Positions 10,233-23,135 are shown, counted from the first letter of the whole stretch. The stretch is 63,969 nucleotides of DNA, filler included, from Octopus bimaculoides (GCF_001194135.2; 4 parts of 4 records of this genome joined end to end with filler, not necessarily neighbours in it); one strand, 5' to 3'. The notes: generated by a model from the letters alone, not told the origin. Made by a program: numbers and translations.

Positions 10233-12774
10233 GAAATGCTACCCTGGCTATGTTCATGTTTTGTGTTCAAATTCCACTATGGTCAACTTTGCTTTGCATT
10301 CTTTCAGGGTCCATAAAAAAAGGTACAGGTCAAGACCTTGGCTTAATGTAATCAACTTAACCCCCTCCTTTCAAAAATAGTTGGTCTTGAACTCTGCAAC
10401 AGAACAGTGTCCCATTCAAGAAGAATTTTGTGATCTTACACATCATGGAGCTTGGGTAACCAGGTCTTATGAGTCCTAAGGGCTTGAGAAAGATATAGAA
10501 AAAATATCAGACAGCTGTGTAAAGAAGTGATGATCTCTAATTGTGAAAGAAACCTCTGGAAGAGGTAGACCCAAGAGGTTGTGGGATGAGGTGGTGAAAT
10601 ATGATCTTTGGTTGTTGAGTTTCCTTGAGGCAATGACAAGTGGCTGACACTTCTGGTGATTTGCTCTGCTTGAGAAGACACATCAAGCTTAGTAAAATCA
10701 TGGACAAGTCTGAGGCACCCACTACACTCTGTGGAGTGGTCGGCATTAAGAAAGGCATCTAGCCATAGAAGCCAAGCAAAAACGAACTGGAGCCTTGTGC
10801 AGCTTTCCAGTCTACAAGCTCCAATCAAACCACGTAACCCATGCCAGCATGGAAAATGGACGTTAAATGATGATGATGATGATGAGCAGATGATGAGGGG
10901 ATGGGGAGACAGCCTGCAGAAGTTGGGTATATCACCTATATCACTTGTATTATCACATTATCAGTTTTTATTCATCACTGATCATAATGCACTTCTAGTT
11001 CATTTTGGTTTTTTTGATTGTGCTCTTTTCCATCTTGTTTCTAATTGTTTAACTAAATTATCTTCCCATCATAGTGGTGGCCTTCTGAGTGGCTTTTCCT
11101 GGTCTCTTGAATACTATTCAGCAATGGAACTAATGCTTTGTAGGGACACTGTATTTCGTTATGCAACTACAGTATACTACAAATATATTAAACACTTTAT
11201 AAGTCAATACTGTATCCTACTGTGTTAGCAGTGCTATTAAATCCCTTGTTAAGATTATCTCTACAGATTCTCTATAAAAATTATAGCCAGCACTGATTTG
11301 TTACAACATTTAGTATCCCAATATGTCTAATGTGAACAACAGTGCAATCAAAGATGGAAAAATAGATAATGGATAATAGATAATAAATAATAAAATTTGG
11401 AAGTGTGAATTATTGTTTATGCATGCAGGGGGAGAAGGTTTCATCCATAATATTTGAAATATTCATTGTTGATATTATGACATTTAGTTTTTTGGTAATG
11501 CAAAACTCACAGTTGCTGCCCCATCCCCTGTATTTGCTAGCCTTAGCTTTAATATTCCAGTTTAGAAACGTTAGCATGCCTAGTGGTATTTCATCTGCCG
11601 TTACATTCTGAGTTCAAATTCCGCCGAGGTTGACTTTACCTTTCATCCTTTCGGTGTCGATTAAATAAGTACCAGTTAATCACTGGGGTCGATGTAATCG
11701 ACTTAATCTCCTTGTCTGTCCTTGTTTTTCCCCGCTATGTTTAGCCCCCTGTGGGCAATAAAGAAATGAAATATTTCAGTTTATCAGAGGAGGATGGTGC
11801 TCATATCTATGTCTTTAAGTGTCCATACCACGTTGGATAAAGATGTTGTGTGTCTTTTTTTTATCCCTGAACGAAGCCAAATGCTGAGTATTACTCTCTT
11901 TTGTTATTCCTTTCAAATCCATTATGTTGGCCTGTTACACTAGTTATTTTTCCAAATACCTATTGTTCAAGGGACAGCTGTCCAGAGATCTACAATTACA
12001 GAATTTTTGGGAGATATTCCTAATGTAATTATTTTACTGTGATTGAATATAATCGCTCCTATATTAGGGATGCAACTGTATTTAACTTTACCCATATTTC
12101 TATTGAAGATTTTGTGGTATTTGTGTGAATGAGAAAAGTGGTTATCTATGGAGCTTTAGGAATCTTCTGGCTATGTTAGTGACTACATTCATACTATATC
12201 AGCGATTGTGCTATAAGATTTTCCTCTGCCTGCATCTTTTTGGTCTATCTACATTTGCTTCAATATAATTTATGCTACTTTTAAAGTCAGATCTTTCTAA
12301 CGCTCAACTGTAACATGGAGCAGCCTTTTCGAAAGTAGCTTTATCAGAAAATAGGTTGGAAATTCACCTGCTAACGCTTATTAACTAATTGTTTCATGAT
12401 TGATGGTAGGTAGTTAGGGCCTATACCAATATAAGAGGCACCCTCATTTGGTTTATGGTAGGATTTCAATTTGCCTGCACTAAGCTTCATGCTAATATCT
12501 AAGAAATTAACTTCTTTAAGGTTCTTAGGTTTAGTTGGCTTAAATATTCTGCATAATTTTTCTCATCTCATCCATGTCATGTCCATTTTTGCCAACCCTC
12601 ACCTGTTTCCAAGCAAGGTAATATTTCCCCATGGCCAGACATGACCTTGCAGAAGAGTGAAGATGAACAGCATTGCTTTATGACAATGACAATCATTTAC
12701 AATTATCACAAAATACCAAAACAAGGAGACACAAATACATACACACACATACATCTATACACATTACATGTGTA

Positions 12775-12805
<31 letters not shown>

Positions 12806-14747
12806 CATCATCATCATTTTAACATCCACTTTTCCATGTTTGCATGGTTCAGATGGAGTTTATTGAGGTTGAATGCCCTTCCTGTGGCCAACCCCCCACC
12901 TGTTTCCAAGCAAGATAATGTTTCCCCATTGCCAGACATGTTCTCACAGTATACTGGAAACAAGTGACACCACTTGTATAACAGTGTCACTCATTTACAA
13001 CTATCACATAATGTCAAGACAAGAAGACACAATATACACAAACACACTCACTCACTTGCACATGTACATACACACACTCACACAGATACACATGCACATA
13101 CACACATTATATACACAACAAGCTTCTTTTAGTTTCCGTCTGACAAATTCCCTCACAAGATGACATACAGTGGGGCTAAAGCTGAACCCATGATGTCATT
13201 AAGAAGCAATCTTCTTAGCTACACAACCATATCTGGTTTTACAATTCCTATCAAGTTACATATAATCTCTAAGATACGAAACAGAAAGGACCAGCCAATC
13301 CATAGGAAGTTGTGTGAAGACTGATTTTACTCCTGACTTTCTCTCTCTCTCTCTCCTTGTCACCAAATATGTCAAATGTTGTTAACTAATTTGTTGAAAA
13401 TGCTGGTTGCCTTATGAATATCCCAGGCCTTTTGTCCTTTGCATTTTCTATGGTCTTTGGTTGTCTTCCATTATCCATTATCAATATTGTACTAGAATGT
13501 CCCAGAACTTAATTAATTCATTTATGTCATTAATTGACCATTCCACATTATGCATGGCAGATTTAATCATCACTTGGTTTAACAACCCTTGGCTGCCTTT
13601 AGCAGAGACCACTCTGTTATCACCCTATTTAATATCACCACATGGCCCTTGGGGTCACCCTGTTGTCACCCAGTGTCACGCCTCTACCTGGTCCTTGGCT
13701 ACCTTTAGCAGAGTCCATTCTGTTGTCACCCATTTTAATATCACCATTTACTCTTTGGGTACTTTTAGTAGAATTGTCCAGTCTGTTGTAAGTATTCAGT
13801 TCGAGTCTTCTGTCTTGGTTCTTCTGGTTCTAAACCAGTCATGGGCAGACTGTAACCCATGGGACTTTCTAAATAGCATGCTTAAAAAAAAAAAAAACTA
13901 TCACCTTCAATTTTTTTTTATTAGCGCAGCTCTTCTGGTGATGATTCATGACTCCTGTGACCCACTTCTCAAAATAGATTTCCCTTGCCTGCTATAATTC
14001 ATTATCTACATCCTTTCCTTATTTAAAATGTTAGGGTGTAATTTGAGGGGGAATTAGCTACTATTTCTCACTCATCAAACAACCTAATGAGACCACCTTC
14101 TTTGCACAATAATACCCTCGTTATAATCACAAACCAGTAATTAACCTATATGATCGCTGCCCAACCCTAACGCGGACACATGGAAAAGAACACACAAAAG
14201 TAAATAAATGGGCCAATGTTATTGCATATTTAAAAAAAAATATTAACCAATGATATTNNNNNNNNNNNNNNNNNNNNNGTTTAAACATTACAATATTGCC
14301 TTCTCTGGTGAACTCATACTTTAACAGACAATATCCTTCCTCAATGCTCAATGCCTCCTTGCTGCTTTAGCCTCCCCTTTCCCCATGCTCTGAACCAACC
14401 CAACTCTGACATGACCTAATGTCTGATGGTCTTTCTCTCTCTCTCTCTCTCCTCTCCCTCCCACTTCATCTCTATATCTCCTTGTCTCCAATTAGAAATC
14501 TATTTATGGAGCTCTTGCAGGGTGTTTGTGCTTGTGTATACTTGTGTGTGTGTGTGTGTGTGTGCATGTCCATGCTCATGTATGTGTGTGTCTATTTTTG
14601 TGTGTGAATATTTGTGTGTGGCAGGAATATATACATATATGTATGTATATATACATGTGTGTGTATGTGCATATAGGTTGATATTGACCGTGTTTGTATC
14701 GTTGGCGATTTTCTTTCTCCGTCTTCCCTTCTTTGGACTTTTTCTAT

Positions 14748-14782
14748 ATTTCTGATGAAGAGCTCTGCTCGAAACGTGAAAT
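14748..14782 (+). ncRNA. Minimal type I hammerhead ribozyme motif (probably inactive copy) in a short microsatellite-flanked element (about 14660-14885)
   Basis: ATTT-CTGATGA-A-GAGC(TCT)GCTC-GAAAC-GT-G-AAAT. Stem I is ATTT/AAAT, stem II is GAGC/GCTC, and stem III is the palindrome ACGT. Position 17 is G, giving a non-canonical GUG triplet. Confidence 0.6.
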
Positions 14783-14945
14783 CCTCTTTCTTTTCTTTCC
14801 TTTCTTGAGCGTGCAATAACACTGTACTTATTCCACGTCCTCGTGTTGTTGTTTTTTCTTGCTTGTTCATGTTTGGATTGACTATATAAATATGTATGTA
14901 TATATGTGTGTGTGCACCTGTATATGCATGTAAATATATATATGC

Positions 14946-14986
<41 letters not shown>

Positions 14987-16019
14987 TGTGTGTATGTATA
15001 TATATGTATACACACACACACACACATATACACCTATATCATCTATACACACATTTATGCATATTTATTCACAGATATTGTCTTTCTACCTCACTTTCTC
15101 CTCTCTCTCTCTCCGTCTTCACACACGCACACACACTCACACAAAACAAACTATCCATTTTTTTCCTTTTGTTGGTGGAAGCAAACGTCCAGTTCGTTAG
15201 GAAACATTAAATAAATTAAACATATTGTTCCTCATTAACATCAAATTCTCATTAAATTCTGGCCTCCTTCAGTCATACGATCAGACCTATCAAAATATAT
15301 ATCAAATCTACCTACTTATAAACCAATCACCAGAGAAACTCTGATTCTTAACTTTTGTATAAATATTGGTTAAATATTCTTGCTTAGAGGTGTTGAGTGG
15401 TCTGTGAGTTAAGGTTTGATTTTCTTTGCTAGGATTCTGGATTTTCTCTCATTCATTCATACAACACACATGTGATACATGTTTGTGCATGTATATATAT
15501 TTGTGTTTATAACTGAGGTTATGTATGTATATACCTATGTGTCTATGTATATGTGTATGGATATGTGTGCATAAATATGCCTGTTTATGTATCTGTACAT
15601 ATATATATATATAAACACAGACATACACCCACAGCACATATTATTAACATACACAAATATTCCATATTGTGACTAAACACCCAACCCCAAAACATATTAT
15701 TAAATTGTCAGTCTACTCTTGCAATATATTTGAATGGCTGAGAAGAGAACAATTTTAAAGGGTACCCAATGCCTGGCTGTTTACCTCAATAGCAGGAGCG
15801 AGGTGTTTAATCCTTGCCCACATGAAAGGAAGTACATCCTATCGTATCTGTGTGCCCCAACATGACTGCAACCACAGGTCTCCAGCCTTGACCTTCCACC
15901 AATGCCCTCAGACCTGACATAGAGTTTGACCAAAGCACACGCCAATGCATCCATGCACACAGACGCACACCCCTATAATGCGAGGACACCACAAAATAGA
16001 CTGTTTCCCACCCCACAAC

Positions 16020-16905
16020 ATATACCCCTTCACACATATTTTACCCCCACACATATATAGACATCCCCATGACCTTACCTTTTCCAGAAAGAAAATAGAC
16101 CAACAAACACAGCTTTATATACCTACACCCCCAGAAAAAATTCTGCATCTGACACCACTACACAGATCACATTTTTCATTCTGACATTCCTGCATTGCTC
16201 AGCTTCAGTTACTCCATTGCCCTTACATGTTGCACATCCCTCTCTTGTATCCCATGTTGTCTGCTCCCACTCTTTATAATTGATGTTGAAGGCATTCAGG
16301 GAAGCTTTCAGTGTGTCTCTGTAGTATTTTCTATGGCCTCTCCACTATGCTGGAGTTTGCTGTAGAACATTTTCTTTGAGATCCAAAACAATTTCTGACA
16401 TATAAACTCCAAGACCTGCCCAGCACAGTTGTGAGTGCATCAGTATTGTATGGATACTGGGAAGTTTAGCATGAGAGAGAACCTCTCTATCAAGAATCTT
16501 GTCTTGTCATTAAATGCAAATAATTCTTCTGAAGCAGGTGGTCTGGAAGAGGTTGAGCTTCCTTCTATGTTATTGATAAGTGGTCCACACTTCACAGCCA
16601 TAGAGCAGTCAGGGTGAGGACTATGAGCAAGTACATTTTGATATTTGTCTCTCCCATTCCGCACATTTTCATGGAATCTACTTAAGGCAGCACTGGCCCT
16701 GGTGAATCTGATATTCTACTCATCATCAATGATGACAGTTAGAGTGAGCATGTTTCCCTGGTTGGTGAACTTGTCCACCACATTCAGCCATCATTCATTG
16801 ATGAAGATGTTGGGTCCAGTGTATGTCTTTCCTGGAGCAGGTTCATTCATCATTTTGGTCTTCTTTAAACTGAAATTTTTACAGGAGTTAGAGAACGCAT
16901 GAACA
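16020..16905 (-). mobile_element. RTE (BovB-like) LINE, decayed RT C-terminal region
   Basis: Minus-strand frames give KKTKMMNEPAPGKTYTGPNI...NVVDKFT...IDDE.NIRFTRASAAL, diagnostic of RTE RT motifs 6-7 and thumb. Many stops and frameshifts. Confidence 0.8.
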
Positions 16906-17038
16906 TTGAACCATTATCTGTAGGATTTGGCAAGTTATTTTCTTATAATCATCATCGTATCTTCCTCCTCCACTTTCTCCCCTCCTTCTCCTCATATCAT
17001 CATTAAGTATTAATTATGTTGTGCTAAGTAAATTTTAT

Positions 17039-17070
17039 TGCTGATCTCTTTTTATTCTGTTTTATTGCAG
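17039..17070 (+). promoter_or_regulatory. 3' splice site opening the exon that carries the sulfotransferase-like ORF
   Basis: Branch-like CTGAT (17041-17045), polypyrimidine tract CTCTTTTTATTCTGTTTTATTG, then CAG (17068-17070). Confidence 0.65.
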
Positions 17071-17243
17071 AGTGAAATAACAGCAACAACTCCAGCAATA
17101 ACACCAATGAAAACCCGGAATCAAACTGATACAAATCAATCACTCACGCACTCAATTGATTGATCAATCAATCAGTCAGTCAATAAACTAGTCAATCAAT
17201 CAATACATCAATTAATCAATCAGTCAATCAACCATAAAATTCA

Positions 17244-18617
17244 ATGGAATCAAACAATGACAACTGGTCAGAAAAATTATCAGAAACCATTCAGAGGATC
17301 CGTAAGTATGTGATATTCATCCTCACATATGTCGCCTACTGTATCACACGATACATCGTGTTGTTATTCCAGCGGATATCATGGGGCATCATGGGAGTAG
17401 AATACATTCGCAGGGACGCTCGCCGGGGACTCCAATATAAGCAGAGTGCACATGTCCAAGATATAATTTGGAGAAGGAAGTTGTATGATATCAGCATAGC
17501 ACATCCAGTGAATTTCATTACGGTCCATAATGGTTTCAAACACCCGACATATGTCTTGAAACAGAAGGTGACGCTCTACTGTCTCACTAAACATGAAGCT
17601 GTGTTTGTTGAGACGACAGAAAATGTCGACATATACAGCTCAGATGTGATTCCAGCATTTCATAATGCTCAGTTTAAACATGCTCAAAAGATTATTACCA
17701 TGCCATTAGCTTCTTTCCATAAAATGGCTTCTGATCTTGGTGAACCACGCATGCCTATCATCTGGATCTCTCGAACATGGCGCTGTGGTTCAGCAATCAT
17801 GCGACAGATGTTTGAAAGTATACCTGGTACAATGGTAATTGGTGAGCCAGATGCTTTAACAAGTTTAAGCAACCTGGAACGAGATCAAATCATTTCAAAG
17901 TCAGAATATAAGCAGCTTTTAGAAAGTACCATTCGAATTCTTTGTAAACCAAATGAACGAGCTAAGTTGGTGTGTATCAAGACCAGACCATGTTGCTTCC
18001 GAATGGTACCTGACATCTATTCCACACAGCCATCCATTAGACATATATTTATGTACCGAAACAGCCTAAAGACAGTCACATCCGTTGTAGGAACCACACT
18101 GAATTCTAATATTCTCTTCCAAATTGTTCGTTTTATTGTTGACAACAACAGCCTCTCCAAAATACTGCCGTGTGTGCGCCGTAAGATGTATGACATGTTT
18201 GGTCATTTAAACAAGAGTGACAAAACATTGAAAGATACGGCACCAAACTTTAGCACTGTTGGAATCATCATTGCTGGTTGGGCTTCGAGTGTTTCAAAAT
18301 GTGAGGAACTTCGTAATTACAACATACCAATTCTACCAGTTATTTTTGAAGACCTCATTAAATATCCACGTAAAACTTGTGAGCTTCTCTTTGAATATTT
18401 CCATATTCCTGAAGAAAATGTAACTTTGGCAGTTGATGGTTTTCGAAAGGACACAAGACGAGCATCAACAATTCTTGCCAGGTTACCATTAAAGAATGAA
18501 ACAAGAAGGAATATTGAACCAGAAAAACGAGCCGAGGCTGATGCAATTTTAAAGAAATATTCTTTACCAAAATTAGGAGAACGTTATGAAATTCCAGGAT
18601 TTTTAAGTATTGATTGA
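17244..18617 (+). CDS. Intronless 457-aa sulfotransferase-fold (P-loop, PAPS-dependent-like) protein with N-terminal membrane anchor
   Basis: Long non-repetitive ORF. Hydrophobic segment at about aa 22-50. 5'-PSB-like loop SRTWRCGSAIM...VIGEP, 3'-PB-like HIFMYRNSLKTVTS, and C-terminal VIFEDLIKYPRKTCELLFEYFHI (YEDL..P pattern) as in Sulfotransfer_1/3-type families. Substrate unknown. Confidence 0.8.
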   Translation: MESNNDNWSEKLSETIQRIRKYVIFILTYVAYCITRYIVLLFQRISWGIMGVEYIRRDARRGLQYKQSAHVQDIIWRRKLYDISIAHPVNFITVHNGFKHPTYVLKQKVTLYCLTKHEAVFVETTENVDIYSSDVIPAFHNAQFKHAQKIITMPLASFHKMASDLGEPRMPIIWISRTWRCGSAIMRQMFESIPGTMVIGEPDALTSLSNLERDQIISKSEYKQLLESTIRILCKPNERAKLVCIKTRPCCFRMVPDIYSTQPSIRHIFMYRNSLKTVTSVVGTTLNSNILFQIVRFIVDNNSLSKILPCVRRKMYDMFGHLNKSDKTLKDTAPNFSTVGIIIAGWASSVSKCEELRNYNIPILPVIFEDLIKYPRKTCELLFEYFHIPEENVTLAVDGFRKDTRRASTILARLPLKNETRRNIEPEKRAEADAILKKYSLPKLGERYEIPGFLSID

Positions 18618-18676
18618 GTTCTTTCAAATATTTTAACTAGTCCTTATTCAATTTAGTTTAAAACTGCTAACAGTTC

Positions 18677-18709
<33 letters not shown>

Positions 18710-18929
18710 GGTGGTAAGCTGACAGAATCATTAGCATGCTGGACAAAATGCTGAGTGATATTTTGCTTGTCTTTATATTCTAAGTTCAAATCCTGCCAAG
18801 GTTGACTTTGCCTTTCATCCGTTCAGGGTGACTAAAATAATTACCAGTCAAAAACTAGGGTCAATGTAATTGACGAGCGCCCACCCAGTAAATTTCAGGC
18901 CTTGTACCTATAGTAGAAAAGATTATTAT

Positions 18930-19085
18930 TATTCAGTAGTTTTATTTTTATAGCGTGCTTTCACTTCACTACCGAGCACAGTTCTGTGCGCCTTGGGTAT
19001 GTGCTGTGGTTTGCTGTGGTGCTCTTATGGTTACTGTGTTGAAAGTGTTTTGCGTAGGATGTGTACAGTGCCCAGTAGTGTAATT
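18930..19085 (-). mobile_element. R4/Dong-like LINE 3' end
   Basis: Minus frame LLGTVHILRKTLSTQ*, short 3' UTR, then (AAT)n on its sense strand. Confidence 0.7.
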
Positions 19086-19109
19086 TTCTGTATGTTATAT
19101 ATATTTTAT

Positions 19110-19495
19110 TTACTCTTTTACTTGTTTGTCATTTGACTGTGGCCATGCTGGAGCACCACCTTTAGTCGAGCAAATCGACCCCAGGACATATTCTTTATAA
19201 GGCTAGTACTTATTCTATCGCTTTCTTTTGCCAAACTGCTAAGTTACGGGGACGTAAACACACCAGCATCAGTTGTCAAGTGATGTTAGAGGGATAAAGA
19301 CAGACACACACACACACACATATATATATATACATATATACAACAGGCTTCTTTTCAGTTTCCGTCTACCAAATCCACTCACAAGGCTTTGGTCGGCCCG
19401 AGGCTATAGTAGAAGACACTTGCCAAAGGTGCTGTGCAGTGGGACTGAACCCGGAACCATGTGGTTGGTAAGCAAACTACTTACCACACATCCAT
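19110..19495 (-). mobile_element. Major tRNA-headed SINE with internal microsatellite
   Basis: Minus head GTGTGGTAAGTAGTTTGCTTACCAACCACATGGTTCCGGGTTCAGTCCC; tail CTCCAGCATGGCCACAGTCAAATGAC...AAGTAAAAGAG. Confidence 0.85.
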
Positions 19496-19763
19496 TCCTT
19501 ATTATTATTATTATTGTTGTTATTATTATTATCATTATTATTAGCTGGCAGATTCTTTAAAGTGTCAGAAAAAGCACTTTGTGGTATTTGTTCTGGTTTT
19601 TTACATATCATCTGGTTCAAATCCTACTGAAGTCAACATTAACTTTCATCCCTCCATGGTCAATAAAATAGAAATACCATTGAAGAACTAGAGTCAATTC
19701 CTCCCCACTCACCTCAGACTTCTTGCAATGTGCCTTGATCAGAAACCACTGTTGTTGTTGTTA

Positions 19764-20152
19764 CTCTTTTACTTGTTTCAGTCATTTGACTGCGGCCATG
19801 CTGGAGCACCACCTTTAGTCGAACAAATAGACCTCGGGACTTATTCTTTGGAAGCCTAGTACTTATTCTATTGGTCTCTTTTGCCGAACTGCTAAGTTAC
19901 GGGCACGTAAACACACCACCATCGGTTGTCAAATGATGGTGGGGACAAATACAGACACACAAACATATACACACACATACATATATACAATGGGCTTCTT
20001 TCAGTTTCCGTCTACCAAATCCACTCACAAGACTTTGGTTGGCCCGAGGCTATAGTAGAAGACACTTGCCCAAGGTGACATGCAGTGGGAATGAACCCGG
20101 AACCATGTGGTTGGTATGCAAGCTATTTACCACACAGCCACTCCTGTGCCTA
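19764..20152 (-). mobile_element. Major tRNA-headed SINE, second copy
   Basis: Collinear with 19110-19495 and 55648-56010. Confidence 0.85.
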
Positions 20153-20233
20153 TAAACTTACTGTGATTAAAGGTGTCTTGGGGTTTTCATTCCTAAGGTA
20201 TTTTTTGATGTTATTATTTTTATTATTATTATT

Positions 20234-20313
20234 CAGGTCACTGCCTGGAATTGAACTCGGAATCTTGGGGTTAGTATCCCGTGCTCTTAACCACTACACC
20301 ATATGCCCCTGGC
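20234..20313 (-). mobile_element. tRNA-like short element (about 80 nt) followed by (AAT)n
   Basis: GGGGCATATGGTGTAGTGGTTAAGAGCACGGGATACTAACCCCAAGATTCCGAGTTCAATTCCAGGCAGTGACCTG has A and B boxes, but the acceptor and T stems pair poorly. Confidence 0.65.
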
Positions 20314-20809
20314 TATATGTTGTTATTATTATCATTATTATTATTATTATCATCACCACTATTATTATTATCATTATTATTATTCAAGGCAGTGAACTCG
20401 GAGAATCAATATTATGCTGGGTAAAATGCTTTCTGGCATTTTGTCTCTCTTTATATTCTAAGTTTAAATTCCGCCAAGGTCAACTTTGCCTTTCGGCCTT
20501 TCAGGTTCAATAAAATAAGTACCAGCTGAGCATTGGGGTCAACGTAATCAACTTACCCCAAACCCCAAAATATCAGGCCTTGTGCCTATATTAGAAAGGA
20601 TTATAATTATCATTAAAGCGGTGAGCTGGCAGAATCGTTAGCACACCAGAATCGTTAGTAGGCAAAATGCATTACGCCATTTTGTCTGTCTTTCTGTTCT
20701 GAATTCAAATTGATACTAGTTAAGCACTGGGGTCAATGTATTAATTGACTTATCCCCTCCTCTGAAGTTGCTGGCTTTGTGCCAAAAATTAAAATCATTA
20801 TTATTATTT

Positions 20810-21085
20810 ATTGTCTTTGCACAGCTCCTAGCGCTGGAGATGTGCTACAGTGTCAGCTGTTCACTACCAGTGAACCAAGGTAACATCCCTTATTTTTCAA
20901 GCACCATCCGGAGTATTCACGCAGTTCCAAGCAGTGCTGTTTTCTGCAAGTGCTCCACCCTTATTACAACCCCTATTTGTTCCATGTACTTCTCAAGATT
21001 TTTACTCACTGTTCCCAGGGCTCCAATAATTATTGGTACTACTGCTACCTTTTTCATCGACCACAACTGCTTAACCTCACAAGCT
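20810..21085 (-). mobile_element. R4/Dong-like LINE 3' end (restriction-like endonuclease tail)
   Basis: DRYDRLACEVKQLWSMKKVAVVPIIIGALGTVSKNLEKY...LQKTALLGTA; same family as 39935-40490. Confidence 0.85.
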
Positions 21086-22191
21086 AACCTGTCATATCTA
21101 TCAACTATTATCATTATTGTTATTATTAAGGCAACAAACTGGCGGAATTGTTAGCATGCTGGACTCAATGTTTAGTGGCATTTTGTCTGTCTTTACAGAT
21201 TTGAAGGCTGTTTGACTGCTCTTCAGAGGCCAACCATTCCTTAATCTGCAACCTACATATGATAACGTCATAGTAAGTGCTCTATAAATCAGTCACAAAC
21301 CAATACTTATTTACAGTGGATAGACTAATTTGCATATCATGCATTAGTTAATGGCATGTTCAGACACTTACTGAATATTTAGATGTTCAAACTGTGTGTA
21401 TTAGAAAATCTAAGATCAATTGAGTGCAGTTACCTTGCAGTTTGTAACACCTACATGAAGAGACTAACCATATGTATCCATTTTTATTTTTTATCTATTT
21501 ATATTTTGCTGTTTTCAGTCATTAGACTGTGGTCATGCTGGGGCACTGCCTTGAAGAGCTTTAGTCAAACTAACCAACCTCTGTACTTAATTTTTTTTTT
21601 TTATAAGCCTGGTACTTATTCTATTGGTCTCTTTTGCCAAACTATTAAATTATGGGAATATAAACACACCAACACTGGCTGTTAAGTGGTGGTGGGACAC
21701 ACACACACACACACACACAAAATGAAGTTGATGATGATGATGGCCTTCTTTCAGTTTCCATCTAACAAATCCACTCTCAAGTCTTTGGTCAGATCGAGGT
21801 TGTAGTAGAAGGCACTTGCCCAAGGTGCCACACGGTGGGACTGAACCTGCAACCATGTCATCGGGAAGCAAACTTCTTACCACACAGCCCCACTGAAGGC
21901 CCTTACTACAGCCAGTTCATGTCTACCCTAAAGTTCACTCACAGCACTTGAGTCGATCTGAGGGTATGGTAAAAGACACTTGCTCGATGTACCATGCAGT
22001 GGGTTAAACCCAGGGCCTTGTGGTTGTGAAACAATCTTTTAAACCATCTAGCCTTAAAAATAAAATGTAATTAAAACCATACAGTCATAGATGGAACTCT
22101 TTTCTTGCTCACAGGTTTGTTCATGCACAGCTGACCTGCAGTTAAACAACAACAGACTACTACTGCTGCTGCTAGTAGTAGTAGTAGTAAT

Positions 22192-22226
<35 letters not shown>

Positions 22227-22545
22227 TAGTAGTAGTCATCAGACAGTAACCCTCTGAGGATCTGTTCCAATCTGAAATTCAGATAAATGATTTTACACAT
22301 AACTTCATAGTCACTGTTGAGCCACTTCACCAGAGATGAGGAACATGAGGCCCTCCAGTAGAGATTGGGGTACCAAGTGCCTTCTGAAGGGCTAAGTGTA
22401 GCCTTATGAAATAATAAAAGACACTGAAAATAGACCAGATTATATTTTTTCTGATTTAATTTTATTTAAATTTTATTTTTCAGTTAATTGTGAATTTTTG
22501 ANNNNNNNNNNNNNNNNNNNNNNNNNNNNNNNNNNNNNNNNNNNN

Positions 22546-22557
22546 TTAATTAATTAA
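22546..22557. other. Artificial scaffold-join linker (six-frame stop) inside a 100-nt N spacer
   Basis: 44 N + TTAATTAATTAA + 44 N; identical structure at 51718-51729 and 61296-61307. Confidence 0.9.
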
Positions 22558-22605
22558 NNNNNNNNNNNNNNNNNNNNNNNNNNNNNNNNNNNNNNNNNNN
22601 NATAA

Positions 22606-22702
<97 letters not shown>

Positions 22703-22792
22703 GTGACAACAACAACAACAATAATAATAATAATGATAACAGTAACAACAGCAAAAACAAAAAGAAAAACAAGAACAACAACAATAATAGTG

Positions 22793-23135
22793 AAGGCGCA
22801 TGGCTCAGTTTTTAGAGAGTCGAGCTTACGATAGTGAGGTTGTGAGTTCGAATCCCGGACCGGGTTACATGTTGTGTTCTTGAGCAAGACACTTTATTTC
22901 ACGTTGCTCCAGTTCACTCAGTTGTAGAAATGAGTTGCGACGTCACAGGGGCCAACCTGCATCGGCCCCTTTGCCTTTCCCTTGGATAACATCGGTGGTG
23001 TGGGGAGGAGAAGCCAGTATGCATGGGCGACTGCTGGTCTTCCATAAACAAGCTTTCCCGGACTTGTGCCTCGGTGGGTAACTTTCTAGGTGCAATCACA
23101 TGGTCATTAATGACCGAACAGGGTTTCCTCTTCAA
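22793..23135 (+). mobile_element. tRNA-derived SINE
   Basis: GTGAAGGCGCATGGCTCAG...GAGTTCGAATCCCGGACC head, CTTGAGCAAGACACTTTATTTCACGTTGCTCCAGTTCACTCAG central domain. Confidence 0.8.

Noticed and set aside
13407-13997. 196-aa ORF
   Set aside because: Starts at a non-ATG codon, spans a degenerate tandem duplication and a poly-A/poly-T stretch; no homology recognised.
20234-20313. Functional tRNA gene (apparent ACT anticodon)
   Set aside because: Acceptor and T stems pair poorly and it ends in an (AAT)n tail; better explained as a tRNA-derived SINE.
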